A DNA stretch of 38,568 bases from a virus. Shown here piece after piece: positions 7,932 to 18,316 of the stretch (position 1 is its first letter; each line of letters opens with the position of its first letter). The notes beneath the pieces were generated by a model that was not told the DNA's origin, ran no database searches, and worked only from the letters and a program-made list of their open reading frames with translations. Position numbers and translations under genes: made by a program. The stretch is from the IMG/VR virus record IMGVR_UViG_3300045988_147631, positions 1 through 38,568 of that record. One strand, given 5' to 3'.

Positions 7932-9191
7932 ATGAAAGCGTTAATAGAAAAGAAAAATTCATTAATTGATGAAATGGAAGGCTTAATAAATAAAGCTAAA
8001 GAAGAAACAAGAGGATTTAATGAAGATGAAAATAAAAGAGTTGAAGAAATTAAAGTAGAAGTAAGAGGCTTAGAAAAATTAATTGCTGATGCTGAAGAAG
8101 TAAGAAAATTTGATAAAGGCAAAAAAAAGAAGGCTGAAGAAGGGGAAAAAGAAATGGATAAAGATTTAGAAGTTAGAACTTTAGATGTTCAAAATTCTGA
8201 AATTAGAAAAGCTATAGAAGATGCAAAAGAATTAAATATATCAGATTTTGAAGTTGAAGAAAGAAAAATAGGTATAGGGCAAACCGACACTAATATAGCT
8301 AGTTCAGTAGGAAATATTAAGAAAACAACTTTTGCAAATGCAATACTTAAAAAAGCGTTTGAAACTTCTGATTTATTAAGATATGTAAGAAAAGAAAACT
8401 TAGGATCAGCGCTACATCAAATACCAGTTCAAAAAACTAAGGTTGGGAAGTTTGTAAATGTTAAGGAATTGGCGGCGTATGCAGAAAAAAATGTTGATTA
8501 TACGCCAATTCAATTAGCGCCGCATAAGTTTGGGAATATAACAGTTATTTCAGAAGAAGCAATTGCGGATACTGGTTACAATCTAATGGCTGATTTATTA
8601 GAACAATATGGAGAAGGTGCGGCAGAAACAATAGATGAAGTATTGGTGAAAGGTGATGACACGCTTGGGATTCAAGGGCTTGAAAGTTTTATAAATTCAA
8701 CTGGGCAAGCGCAAGATAATTCTATTAAAGTTGATATAACAAGTGCTGGTGTTGGGAAAATAGGAATTAATGATATGTTAAAAATATATAACGCTTTACC
8801 ACAGAAATATAGAAAAAATGCTACATGGGTGATAGGAACAGAACTTGCAGGGAAGTTAACAGAAGCAGTTGATAGCATTGGTAGACCGTTATTATATACA
8901 GATTTTTCACAGGTGCCGTTTGGTGGGAAAGCTACTCCTATGCTATTAGGCAGACCGGTAGTTATATCAGATCATGTTAAGAACTTAACTGACGCAAAAC
9001 AACATAATTCTTTAGCATTCTTTGGAGATTTAAGCAAGGCTTTAATATTTGCCCCAAGACAAAGTTTCACTATTAAAACTTCAACAGAATATGAGTTTAT
9101 CAGAGATGGTATTACTGTTAAAGGAACAATGAGATTTGATGTTAAAAGAGCGCTAGGAGAAGCTATCGCAGTGCTTGTAAGAAGTAACTAA
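7932..9191 (+). CDS. Major capsid protein, HK97 family, with N-terminal coiled-coil delta domain
   Basis: 419 aa. The N-terminal 110 aa are charged coiled coil. Strong RBS AAGGAGA. Confidence 0.9.
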   Translation: MKALIEKKNSLIDEMEGLINKAKEETRGFNEDENKRVEEIKVEVRGLEKLIADAEEVRKFDKGKKKKAEEGEKEMDKDLEVRTLDVQNSEIRKAIEDAKELNISDFEVEERKIGIGQTDTNIASSVGNIKKTTFANAILKKAFETSDLLRYVRKENLGSALHQIPVQKTKVGKFVNVKELAAYAEKNVDYTPIQLAPHKFGNITVISEEAIADTGYNLMADLLEQYGEGAAETIDEVLVKGDDTLGIQGLESFINSTGQAQDNSIKVDITSAGVGKIGINDMLKIYNALPQKYRKNATWVIGTELAGKLTEAVDSIGRPLLYTDFSQVPFGGKATPMLLGRPVVISDHVKNLTDAKQHNSLAFFGDLSKALIFAPRQSFTIKTSTEYEFIRDGITVKGTMRFDVKRALGEAIAVLVRSN

Positions 9192-9192
9192 T

Positions 9193-9483
9193 ATGAAAAT
9201 AAGTGAAGTTACTACAGATATAGTAAAAGAATATATTAATGCTCCTGATGAAGCTGATAATATTATTAATATGATAATTGCTTCAAGCAAGCAATATATT
9301 CTTAGATATACGGGAATAAAAGAAGATAAACTAGATGAATATGAAGATTTAACAATAGCTTTATTAGTTCTTTGTGCTGATTTTTACGACCAACGCCAAT
9401 TTATGCTGGATAGTAACAATGGCGTTCCAGTCAACGCTATTGTAGAAAGTATTTTAAATATGCACGCTTTTAACTTAGTTTAA
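9193..9483 (+). CDS. Head-tail connector (gp6-like)
   Basis: Size and position directly after the capsid gene. Confidence 0.6.
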   Translation: MKISEVTTDIVKEYINAPDEADNIINMIIASSKQYILRYTGIKEDKLDEYEDLTIALLVLCADFYDQRQFMLDSNNGVPVNAIVESILNMHAFNLV

Positions 9484-9496
9484 AGGGGGGCTTTTT

Positions 9497-9844
9497 TTGT
9501 ATACAATAAATGTAGGACAATTTAAAAATAAATTTAAACTACAAGAGTTAAAATTAGTTGTTAATGAGGATAATATTCCAGTAAAGCAACTAACGGATAT
9601 ATGGGAAGCTAAAGGAAGGGTAAGAAGTAATGTGGCAAGTAATAAAGAACTTGAAAATGGAGAAAGAACTTCTATTACTAAAATTATTACTGCAAGATTT
9701 CCAAAGCATTTAGCTGGCTTTGATGTTGAAGACGCAAATAAGTATAAAGTTTTATATAATAATAAACTTTATAAAATTGTATCTATGAGTAACATTAGAG
9801 AAGAAAATAAATATATTCAAATTAACATAGGAGTTATGGAATAA
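9497..9844 (+). CDS. Head closure / head-tail adaptor protein
   Basis: Synteny. TTG start 6 nt after GGGGGG. Confidence 0.55.
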   Translation: MYTINVGQFKNKFKLQELKLVVNEDNIPVKQLTDIWEAKGRVRSNVASNKELENGERTSITKIITARFPKHLAGFDVEDANKYKVLYNNKLYKIVSMSNIREENKYIQINIGVME

Positions 9845-10263
9845 TGACTATAACTATTAAAGGAATAAATTCATTATCAAACAAACTTAATAAACTTAGT
9901 AATATTAAAGCTAAAAATTCTGTAAAAGAAGTAGCAAAATTTGTTGAAAAAGAGTTGCGTAATGAAGCAAGTAAGTTTTCAACAAGATCAGATATGATTG
10001 GTGAAGTAGAAGAAAGAGAATACAAGAACGGCAATTATTATATAGAAGTAGGACTAAAAAACCGTTACGAAGGTTGGGAAAATTGGAAACACTTATATTT
10101 TCACCACTATGGTTATAATCAAAAATTATGGGGAAAAGATAGTAACTTATATACTAACACGCATCAATTTTGGTTCACAAACGCTATTGACAATATAGAT
10201 CAAAAAGCGTTAAAAGAACTAAAGAAAAAAATACAAGCAGAGATAAAGGAAGCGTTAAAATGA
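9844..10263 (+). CDS. HK97 gp10-like tail component
   Basis: Synteny and size. Start overlaps the upstream stop (ATAATG). Confidence 0.55.
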   Translation: MTITIKGINSLSNKLNKLSNIKAKNSVKEVAKFVEKELRNEASKFSTRSDMIGEVEEREYKNGNYYIEVGLKNRYEGWENWKHLYFHHYGYNQKLWGKDSNLYTNTHQFWFTNAIDNIDQKALKELKKKIQAEIKEALK

Positions 10264-10583
10264 TTACTCAAAAAATAAAAAATGCTTTAGCTGATGTATC
10301 TTTGCCAGCTTACTTTATCACTAGGGCAAATGATAAAACTGACTGTATAGTTTACAACTATATAGAAAAACCGAGTAGGTCGGCAGACAATGAGGAAAAA
10401 GCAACGCTATATACAGTAATGCTTAATCTTTATTGTAAATCTAATATAGAAAATAATAAAAAAAAAATAATAAATGCTATGCAAAATGCAGGATTTTTAA
10501 GAAAGTCGGTAGCTTCAACTATAGTTGGGGACGCTGGCTTTTTTTGTACTGCAATTACTTTTGTAATTAGCATAGATAAATAA
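10260..10583 (+). CDS. Tail completion/terminator-like protein
   Basis: Synteny only. ATGA overlap with the upstream gene. Confidence 0.4.
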   Translation: MITQKIKNALADVSLPAYFITRANDKTDCIVYNYIEKPSRSADNEEKATLYTVMLNLYCKSNIENNKKKIINAMQNAGFLRKSVASTIVGDAGFFCTAITFVISIDK

Positions 10584-10604
10584 TTAAGAAAGAAGGTATA
10601 AAAT

Positions 10605-11228
10605 ATGAAAAAAGCAACTGGTATTTCAAATGCGCATTATGCAGTATTTGACGTATCTAATAATTATTTTGGAACTCCAAAACCAATATTGGGGTTAGAG
10701 CAATTAACAATAACAGAAACATATGCAGAAGGTTCTAATTATGCAGACAATTTAAGAAATATTTATATAAAGGAATTAGTTGGTGCTGATTTATCTTTAG
10801 CATTTTCTAATATAACAAGAGCAATTGAAGCTGAATTAACTGGACAAGTTCATGCAAATGGTGAATTAGAATATAAAACTACTGCCGTTGCTCCGCAAGT
10901 AGCAATTTTATTTGAAAAAAGTTATTCTGATGGCTCAAAAGATAGAATTGTATATTACAACTGTAAATTAGCAAAAGATAATGAAAATGGAGAAACTAAA
11001 ACAGACTCTTTTAATTTTGTTGGTGATACTTTAAGCGGTCAAGCTATTCCTATGACCGGAACTATTAAAACTAAAGCTAGTGGCGCTGATGTAGATTTAA
11101 CTGGTGTTTTAAAATATGTTATAGACTCTACAACTATTCCAACAAGTTCTGATACAAATGGAGTTAAAGATAAATTTGATAACTTCTTTAAAAAAGTTCA
11201 AGTTAAAGCAAAAAAACATTCAGAATAA
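10605..11228 (+). CDS. Major tail protein
   Basis: 207 aa, immediately upstream of the chaperone pair and tape measure. Followed by an attenuator hairpin. Confidence 0.7.
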   Translation: MKKATGISNAHYAVFDVSNNYFGTPKPILGLEQLTITETYAEGSNYADNLRNIYIKELVGADLSLAFSNITRAIEAELTGQVHANGELEYKTTAVAPQVAILFEKSYSDGSKDRIVYYNCKLAKDNENGETKTDSFNFVGDTLSGQAIPMTGTIKTKASGADVDLTGVLKYVIDSTTIPTSSDTNGVKDKFDNFFKKVQVKAKKHSE

Positions 11229-11236
11229 TTAATTAT

Positions 11237-11260
11237 AGCCAGCTTTTTGCTGGCTTATTT
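11237..11260 (+). terminator. Hairpin/attenuator after the major tail gene
   Basis: AGCCAGC-TTTTT-GCTGGCT followed by TATTT. Confidence 0.45.
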
Positions 11261-11277
11261 CATGGAAAGGAATAATC

Positions 11278-11637
11278 ATGGGAAATTTAACTAAGAAAAG
11301 CAAAGAAATTATTCTAGGAAATAAAAAATATATCATGTGCTTTGATATGACTTCAATTAATTTATTTCAAGAGTTATCAGGCATGAGTTTTTTAAATGCA
11401 ATACATTTAATTAATAAATATGATGATAAAACTTTACTGTATTTTATGGCTTCCAGCATTAGACCAAAAAATGATCCGGAAGTACCAATAGGAGAAAAAT
11501 TATTTGAATTTGACATTATGGGGCTTTTATTAAGTCATACACTAGATGTAATACAGTTAGTAAGTGCTTCAATGCCACAAGTGGGAAACGCTAAAAAAAA
11601 AGCAACTCAAAAGTGGCAAAAGAAAGTAATGAAATAG
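11278..11637 (+). CDS. Tail assembly chaperone (G-like, zero-frame product)
   Basis: Position between the major tail and tape measure genes. Ends shortly after the slippery A-run. Confidence 0.7.
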   Translation: MGNLTKKSKEIILGNKKYIMCFDMTSINLFQELSGMSFLNAIHLINKYDDKTLLYFMASSIRPKNDPEVPIGEKLFEFDIMGLLLSHTLDVIQLVSASMPQVGNAKKKATQKWQKKVMK

Positions 11638-11825
11638 ATATAGACTGGCTTTATTACGTTTATACAACAATTTTAAAAAGGCAAGAGCGAGAATTTTGGG
11701 GAGCAACTTTAAGAAAAGTTATTTCACAAATAAATATTCATAATGATTTACATAAAAGTCAAAATGATAATAATAATACTTCTAATACGGTAAAAGAAAA
11801 TACTGAAGTGTTAAAAGTTTTATAG
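11278..11825 (+). CDS. Tail assembly chaperone frameshift fusion (GT-like, -1 shift in the A-run at 11593-11601)
   Basis: The -1 frame is open from 11595 to 11825 and has no RBS or start of its own. Confidence 0.6.
11593..11601 (+). other. Slippery sequence for -1 programmed ribosomal frameshift
   Basis: A9 run read as AAA AAA AAA in the zero frame. Confidence 0.6.
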
Positions 11826-11839
11826 CAGGGGGTGAGGGA

Positions 11840-14800
11840 ATGGCTAGTGAAGAATTGTTAGTAACCTTAGGAGTGCAGGACAAAGGAGCTACAACTCAAA
11901 TAAGGGCATTAAATAAAGAATTAAAGTCTTTAGATACTCAATATAATTTATCTTCTAAAAGTGGAAAAGGCTTTGACAGTAGCTTAGATGGATTAAAAAA
12001 CAAACTAAGTTTATTAGAACAAAAGTTTACGGCACAAACTGCTAAACTTGCAACTTATAAAAAGCAAATGGATACTGCAAGAGAAGGGATTGCAAGAAAA
12101 ACTGAAGAGCTAGAGAAGTTAAAAAATAGTCAAGAAGATAATACGGCTTCAATTGCTAAAACTGAAAAGCAATTAAATACATATAGAAACCAGCTTAAAA
12201 ATGCTGAAAATGGAGTTAAGGAAACTGAAGCCCAATTAGAATTATTAACTGAAGAGATTAATAATACTAATAAAGCTATAGCTAATTTTGATACTGCTAA
12301 AATGTCTAAAGAATTAAAAGAAGCTGGAGATAACTTAGAAAATTTAGGCGGTAAGTTAGAAACTGTTGGTGGAAAATTAAATAGTGCTGGGAATACATTA
12401 ATAGGATTATCAGCGCCAATTGTAGCGTTTGCAGGATATGCAACTAAAGCTGGAGTTGACTTTGAGTATGGTATGGCACAAGTACAAGCTATATCGGGAG
12501 CAACTGGGAAAGAACTAGAACAATTGACCGAAAAGGCTAAAGAGATAGGCGCAACAACTCAATGGTCATCTAAACAAGCAGCAGAAGGGCTCCAGTTTCT
12601 TTCGATGGCTGGGTGGAATACCCAAAGTATGCTTGATGGATTAACTCCAATTGTCAACCTTGCAACGGCTTCAACTGAAAATTTAGGGACTGTAAGTGAT
12701 ATTGTTTCTGACGCCTTAACTGCTTTTGGATTATCGGCAAGTGATACAACTGAATTTTGTGATGTTTTGGCTTCAACAATGGCTAGTTCTAATACTAATG
12801 TTGCTATGCTTGGAGAAACTTTTCAATATGCTGCTCCACTTGCTGGAGCATTAGGGTTTAGTATTCAAGATGTTGCAACGGCGGCTGGACTTATGGCTAA
12901 CGCGGGAATTAAAGCAAGTGTTTCAGGAACTGCATTAAGAACATTGTTTGCTAACATGGGTGAAAAAATAGAATTAACTTCAGAGGCATTTGACACTATG
13001 ACAGTTAGTGCTATTAAGCAGGATGGAAGTATGAGGGACTTAAATGATATAATAGTTGATTTAAGAAAAGGCTTTCAACAGATGACAGAAGCTGAAAAAG
13101 CTTCTAATGCTGAAGCGATAAGTGGGAAGACTGGAATGGCTGGATTACTGGCAGTAATGAATGCAACTGACGCTGAATTTAACAGTTTAAGAAATTCTAT
13201 AATGAGTTCAACTGGTGCAACTCAAAAAATGGCTGATATTATGGGCAATACTACTCAAGGGCAGATTTATGCTTTTCAAAGTAAATTAGAGGCGTTAGGT
13301 ATTCAGTTAGCAGACAATCTACTACCACACATTAACGCTATCCTGGACAAGGGAATGGCTTTGATTGATTGGTTTAGCAGTCTTGATGAAGAAACTCAAA
13401 AGACTATAATATCGACAGGTTTATTTGCAACTGCCACGGGTGGAGCATTAAAAATCATTGGTGGGCTTACAAGTGGAGTTGGAAGTGCAGTTAAAACTCT
13501 AGGGACTTTTAAAAAATCTTTAGGAGAAAGTATTTCGTCTACAGATGGAGCAACTAAAGGTATAGGAAAATTAGTTACTGGCATAAGTAAACTAGGAATA
13601 GGTATACCACAAGTTGCGGTCGCTTTAGGAGTTTTAAGTGCTGGAGTTATTGCATACAATGAATATCAAGACGCTATGAGCAGAAAAGTTAATGAAGCAA
13701 AAGAAGATATGTCTTTATTAGAAAAAGCATTCATGGGGTTGTATGGAGTACAAGCAAAAAGCAAAGATGAATTAGTAAGCTTAGGTATTATTTATGATGA
13801 TTTCAATAGCAATATATCATCAACTTTTCAAGACGCAGTAAAAGAAATGACTTCTGATGTTAATGACTTTAATCTAACAATAAGAGATATGAATTTAGAT
13901 GGAGTTGTTAGTGATAAGGAAGTTAATAATGTTTTAGGTAGAGTAGGGACTTTAGTTGATGGTATAGAAAATACTATTAAGTCTAACAGTTCTAATGTAC
14001 AAAATGCTCTTTATGAAATGTATAACGCTGATGGGGTTATAGATGAAACAGAAGCAAACTTACTAGAGTATTGGAGTAAGAGAAATGAAACAGAAGTTGA
14101 AAAAGCAAATGAATTAGAAAAAGCTATCAAAGATATTTTAAATCAGGCTAAAGGGCGAGAGTTAACTAATGAAGAAATTGCAAGTATTCAAAACTATTAT
14201 GCTCAATTAAAGCAGTTAGAGTTAGAATTACAAGCAGACAATAGTTATGAGTTAGAGTATGCTAAGTCAGAATTTCAAAATAGACTAAAAACTTTAGATG
14301 CAGAAGGGGCACAAGAATTACTTCAACAAAGATATACTCAATATCAAGATGAAAAAGTGGCTATAGAAAGCCATTATGACGCTATGATTGCTCAAATTCA
14401 AGCTGGAAACTCTGAATTAACTGAAGAAGATAAAAAATTAATTGCTGATATGGAAGCTAAAAAAGCTGAAAAATTGGCAGTAAATCAATCCTACTGGGAC
14501 GAAGCATATAACTATACTATTTCTTCTAATGAAAATTTAGTAGGCATAATTAATAAATATAATGGTGAAATATTAAAAGCTACTGATACAAATTACTATG
14601 AAAGGTATGTATTGGCACAAGAAAATTTACAAGGCTTAAATGAGATAACCGAAACTGGTTATCAATCCATGCTAGATACTACAACTGGTAAATATGTAGA
14701 TATGTATGCAGTGATCAATGAAAAAACTGGGGAACTGCAAGGGTTATATAATTTAAATACTGGAGCAGTATCAGCAATGAGTGCTGAAAGTGCTAAAGAA

Positions 14801-15601
14801 ATAGAAAAATTATATCAAAAGTGGGGAACGAGTGCTGATGGCATAGCAACTAAAAATTTAGTTTTAAGTGGTTCTTATATAGATACTTCGAATAATATTA
14901 TAGATGTTAATGGTAGAGTTATAGGTAGTTTAGCGAAGGTTGAAGATAGTGCAGGAAACTTACAAGACGCTATTTTGGATTTAAACGGAAACCCAATTAA
15001 AGTGGGGGATAACGCTAAAGAAGTTATAGAAAAAATTCAAAATACTAAAAAAGAAGTTAATGACCTAAACGGCTCAACTGCAACAATTAAAGTTGATGAT
15101 GGAGGAAGTATTAATAGCTTTAGTTCTAGGCTTAAAAATATGTTTAGTAATTTATTTAGTGGTGGAAAGTCTTATGCTATCGGGACAAGTAACGCTCCGG
15201 AGGGAGTTCATACTGTAAATGAAAAAGGCTGGGAGTTAATAGACACGCCAAAGGGTAAAACTGCTATTGGCTTAGGTAAAAATGCTATTGGCGAAACTGC
15301 TTACTTGCCACAAGGAACGAAAGTAAGGACTAATTTATCCAGTACCGAGTTAATGGTGCAAGAAATTAAAAAAGAAGTTTCTAGTCAATTAAGTAGAATA
15401 GATTTTAATGTAAATACTAATTTAAAGGATCAATTTAATTTAAGAGATTTATATAACAATAGCAATAATAATAATGCTAATGCAATAACTACTCCACAAG
15501 CTAGCAATATAACTATTGTTATAAATTCAAATGCTAATAATAATATAGAAACTGCTAGGCAAATGAAACGTACATTGCAAGGCATGGGGTTTGGCTTATG
15601 A
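11840..15601 (+). CDS. Tape measure protein
   Basis: 1253 aa, coiled-coil N-terminus, hydrophobic Gly/Ala-rich central segments, position. Confidence 0.9.
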   Translation: MASEELLVTLGVQDKGATTQIRALNKELKSLDTQYNLSSKSGKGFDSSLDGLKNKLSLLEQKFTAQTAKLATYKKQMDTAREGIARKTEELEKLKNSQEDNTASIAKTEKQLNTYRNQLKNAENGVKETEAQLELLTEEINNTNKAIANFDTAKMSKELKEAGDNLENLGGKLETVGGKLNSAGNTLIGLSAPIVAFAGYATKAGVDFEYGMAQVQAISGATGKELEQLTEKAKEIGATTQWSSKQAAEGLQFLSMAGWNTQSMLDGLTPIVNLATASTENLGTVSDIVSDALTAFGLSASDTTEFCDVLASTMASSNTNVAMLGETFQYAAPLAGALGFSIQDVATAAGLMANAGIKASVSGTALRTLFANMGEKIELTSEAFDTMTVSAIKQDGSMRDLNDIIVDLRKGFQQMTEAEKASNAEAISGKTGMAGLLAVMNATDAEFNSLRNSIMSSTGATQKMADIMGNTTQGQIYAFQSKLEALGIQLADNLLPHINAILDKGMALIDWFSSLDEETQKTIISTGLFATATGGALKIIGGLTSGVGSAVKTLGTFKKSLGESISSTDGATKGIGKLVTGISKLGIGIPQVAVALGVLSAGVIAYNEYQDAMSRKVNEAKEDMSLLEKAFMGLYGVQAKSKDELVSLGIIYDDFNSNISSTFQDAVKEMTSDVNDFNLTIRDMNLDGVVSDKEVNNVLGRVGTLVDGIENTIKSNSSNVQNALYEMYNADGVIDETEANLLEYWSKRNETEVEKANELEKAIKDILNQAKGRELTNEEIASIQNYYAQLKQLELELQADNSYELEYAKSEFQNRLKTLDAEGAQELLQQRYTQYQDEKVAIESHYDAMIAQIQAGNSELTEEDKKLIADMEAKKAEKLAVNQSYWDEAYNYTISSNENLVGIINKYNGEILKATDTNYYERYVLAQENLQGLNEITETGYQSMLDTTTGKYVDMYAVINEKTGELQGLYNLNTGAVSAMSAESAKEIEKLYQKWGTSADGIATKNLVLSGSYIDTSNNIIDVNGRVIGSLAKVEDSAGNLQDAILDLNGNPIKVGDNAKEVIEKIQNTKKEVNDLNGSTATIKVDDGGSINSFSSRLKNMFSNLFSGGKSYAIGTSNAPEGVHTVNEKGWELIDTPKGKTAIGLGKNAIGETAYLPQGTKVRTNLSSTELMVQEIKKEVSSQLSRIDFNVNTNLKDQFNLRDLYNNSNNNNANAITTPQASNITIVINSNANNNIETARQMKRTLQGMGFGL

Positions 15602-16470
15602 TAAGAAAGATTAAATATAAAAATATAGAAACAAATGAAGAAATAACTTTTAATAATTATCCATTTCACTATTCTTCTATTACTGGTATAGATGGCATTG
15701 ACAATACATTATATAAAATGTCTTCAAGTGGTCAAGATGGGGCTACTGTTTACGGTAGCAAACTTTCTACTAGAGAAATGGCATTGACTATAATGGTACA
15801 AGCTAAAACCGAGAAAGAACTTCAAGAAAATAGAATTGCTCTACTAAAACTTTTCAACCCAAAACATAAAGGGAAGCTTATATATGAAAGAGGGGGCGTA
15901 ATTAGGAGCATAGATGTTGATGTTGTTGTTGCTCCTAGGTTTACTCTAAATGGTATTATGTCAGAAAATATGACTGTTATTTTAGAAGCTTCTAACCCGT
16001 TTTGGACTGATGAAGCCTTGACAGTTGAAGCTATTGCCTATTGGCAAGGTGGGTTTGAGTTTGAGTTAGAAATTCCTAATGATACTGGAATAGAGTTTGG
16101 TAGAAAAAATGAGGAGTTAATCGCTGATATAGTTAATGCTGGGGACGTTCCGGTTGGTATGGTTATAGAATTTAAAGCGTCGGGATTAGTTACAAACCCT
16201 TCGCTACTTAACGTTATAACTAGAGATTTTATAAAAATTAATAGAACAATGAAAGCTGGAGAAGTTATAACAGTAGATACTAGGTTTAATAATAAAAGTA
16301 TAAAAAGTTTATATCAAGGTGATGAAGAAAATATATTTAATTATATAGATATAGATAGTTCATTCTTGCAGTTAGAAGTTGGGAGCAATTACTTGAAATA
16401 TGACGCTGAAAGTAATTTAAATAATTTAGAAATTGAAATAAAATTTAATAATTCTTATGTAGGTGTTTAA
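15598..16470 (+). CDS. Distal tail protein (Dit-like)
   Basis: Follows the tape measure gene with an ATGA overlap. Size is typical. Confidence 0.7.
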   Translation: MIRKIKYKNIETNEEITFNNYPFHYSSITGIDGIDNTLYKMSSSGQDGATVYGSKLSTREMALTIMVQAKTEKELQENRIALLKLFNPKHKGKLIYERGGVIRSIDVDVVVAPRFTLNGIMSENMTVILEASNPFWTDEALTVEAIAYWQGGFEFELEIPNDTGIEFGRKNEELIADIVNAGDVPVGMVIEFKASGLVTNPSLLNVITRDFIKINRTMKAGEVITVDTRFNNKSIKSLYQGDEENIFNYIDIDSSFLQLEVGSNYLKYDAESNLNNLEIEIKFNNSYVGV

Positions 16471-16471
16471 T

Positions 16472-17566
16472 ATGGAGTTATATATTTTTGAAAGTAATTT
16501 AAATTTAATTGGGGTAATAGATAATTATATATCACTTAATTGGACTAGGAAATATTATAATACTGGTAATTTCCAACTTGTAATCCCTGCAACAAGTAAA
16601 AACTGTGAAATACTAAAATTAGATAATATTATTTACAAAAAAGGCAGTACAGAAGCAGGGTATATAGAAAGTATAAACATAGAAATAAATGAGCAGGGGC
16701 AAGAGATAATCACGGTTAAAGGTTATTTACTAACCGGATATTTGGGGCATAGATTAAATCTTGGAGTATTAACATTTAAAGGTACAGTCGAAGACCTAAT
16801 GAGGAAGTTAGTAAATGATAATTGCATTGCTCCAGCAGATGAAAAAAGAAAACTGCCTAATTGGGAACTAGGGGCTAAAAATAACTTTACTGAAAATATA
16901 GAATGTCAAGATAGTTATAGTGATATAGAAACATTTTTATCCGAACTTGCTATAAATAACGATATAGGTTATAGGGCTAAATTTGATTATAGAAATAAAA
17001 AAATAATATTTGAAACATACAAGGGTGTTGATAGAAGTTATAAAAAAAATACGTCTATAGCACCTATAATATTTTCTAGGGATTTTGAGAATATTTTATC
17101 TCAATATTATTGTAGTGATAATCAAAATTTAAAAAATGTCGGTGTAATAGCTGGAGAAGGTGAAGGTATAAACCGTACTATTGTTTCAATAGGTGATGAA
17201 GCAGGGATAAAGCGCAGAGAAATTTTTATTGACGCTAGGGACTTGCAGAGCGAAACCGAAGACGGAACTATTAACACAGAGGATTATAAAAAACTGCTTA
17301 TAAACCGAGGTAATGAAAGGTTATCTAATTTTAAAGCAATAAATACATTTGAAAGTATGATTAATAATTCTAGCAATAATAAATATAAAGAAGATTTTGA
17401 CCTTGGGGATATTGTAACTGTTATAGATAAAACATGGGGCGTTAAAATAGACGCTCGGATAACTGAAGTGGAAGAAGTTTATAACGAAAATACTTTAGAT
17501 ATTTACATAACATTTGGAAATTCTATATTAACACTAATAGAAAAAATTAAAAGAAATATGAGGTGA
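16472..17566 (+). CDS. Tail-tip protein, siphovirus Gp37-like
   Basis: MELYIF...LIGVIDNYISLNWTRKYYNTGNFQL N-terminus. ATG 16472 follows TAGGTG. The track GTG at 16463 is unlikely. Confidence 0.55.
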   Translation: MELYIFESNLNLIGVIDNYISLNWTRKYYNTGNFQLVIPATSKNCEILKLDNIIYKKGSTEAGYIESINIEINEQGQEIITVKGYLLTGYLGHRLNLGVLTFKGTVEDLMRKLVNDNCIAPADEKRKLPNWELGAKNNFTENIECQDSYSDIETFLSELAINNDIGYRAKFDYRNKKIIFETYKGVDRSYKKNTSIAPIIFSRDFENILSQYYCSDNQNLKNVGVIAGEGEGINRTIVSIGDEAGIKRREIFIDARDLQSETEDGTINTEDYKKLLINRGNERLSNFKAINTFESMINNSSNNKYKEDFDLGDIVTVIDKTWGVKIDARITEVEEVYNENTLDIYITFGNSILTLIEKIKRNMR

Positions 17567-17570
17567 TGTA

Positions 17571-18302
17571 ATGAAAGGATTATTCTTCAACTCGGTAAAT
17601 GGTGATAGAAGGTATAAAGCAGAAGATTTTGCAAGTTATTTCAACCAAATACTTACTACTGGAGTATTTACAAACCCTTCAACAAGTTTGCAAGTTATTT
17701 CTAATAATACTATGAAAGTAACTGTTAAAGCAGGAGCGTGTAATATTAATGGTTTCTTTGGCATACAAGAAACTGATGAAGTTCTTAATATAGAAGTTGC
17801 AACTCCGGCAAAGAATAGAACAGATTTAGTTGTGGCACGCTGGAATTGGAATACAAGAGATATAACTTTAGCAGTAAAAAAAGATACTACTACTTTAACA
17901 AGAACTGCTGATATTTTTGAGTTATGCTTGGCTGAAATTACAGTTAATAGAGGTGCTAGTGAAATAACACAAGCTAATATAAAAGATACAAGGCAACTTG
18001 CAGATAAATGTGGAGTTGTAAATTCTTTAATAAAAGTTGACCCTACAACGTTATTTTTGCAATTTCAAAATTCTTTTGATAACTGGTTTAATGATATTAA
18101 AGGGAAATTAAATGCAGATGTTGCAGGTAGTTTGCAAATGCAAATAGATAAGAAATTTGAGATTTATTTAGGAGAAACATTGCCAGCAATATCACAAAGA
18201 AAACAAAATACTATCTACTGTAAAATAACAGATAAAGTGAACAGTGGTACTGGTGGAAATGTAACAATAAGGGTTAGTCCAAACTTAGGAATAAAAGTTT
18301 AA
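17571..18302 (+). CDS. Tail/baseplate structural protein
   Basis: Synteny. N-terminus [19 protein letters not shown] is common in fibre/baseplate proteins. Confidence 0.45.
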   Translation: MKGLFFNSVNGDRRYKAEDFASYFNQILTTGVFTNPSTSLQVISNNTMKVTVKAGACNINGFFGIQETDEVLNIEVATPAKNRTDLVVARWNWNTRDITLAVKKDTTTLTRTADIFELCLAEITVNRGASEITQANIKDTRQLADKCGVVNSLIKVDPTTLFLQFQNSFDNWFNDIKGKLNADVAGSLQMQIDKKFEIYLGETLPAISQRKQNTIYCKITDKVNSGTGGNVTIRVSPNLGIKV

Positions 18303-18316
18303 AAGGAGATAGAAAA

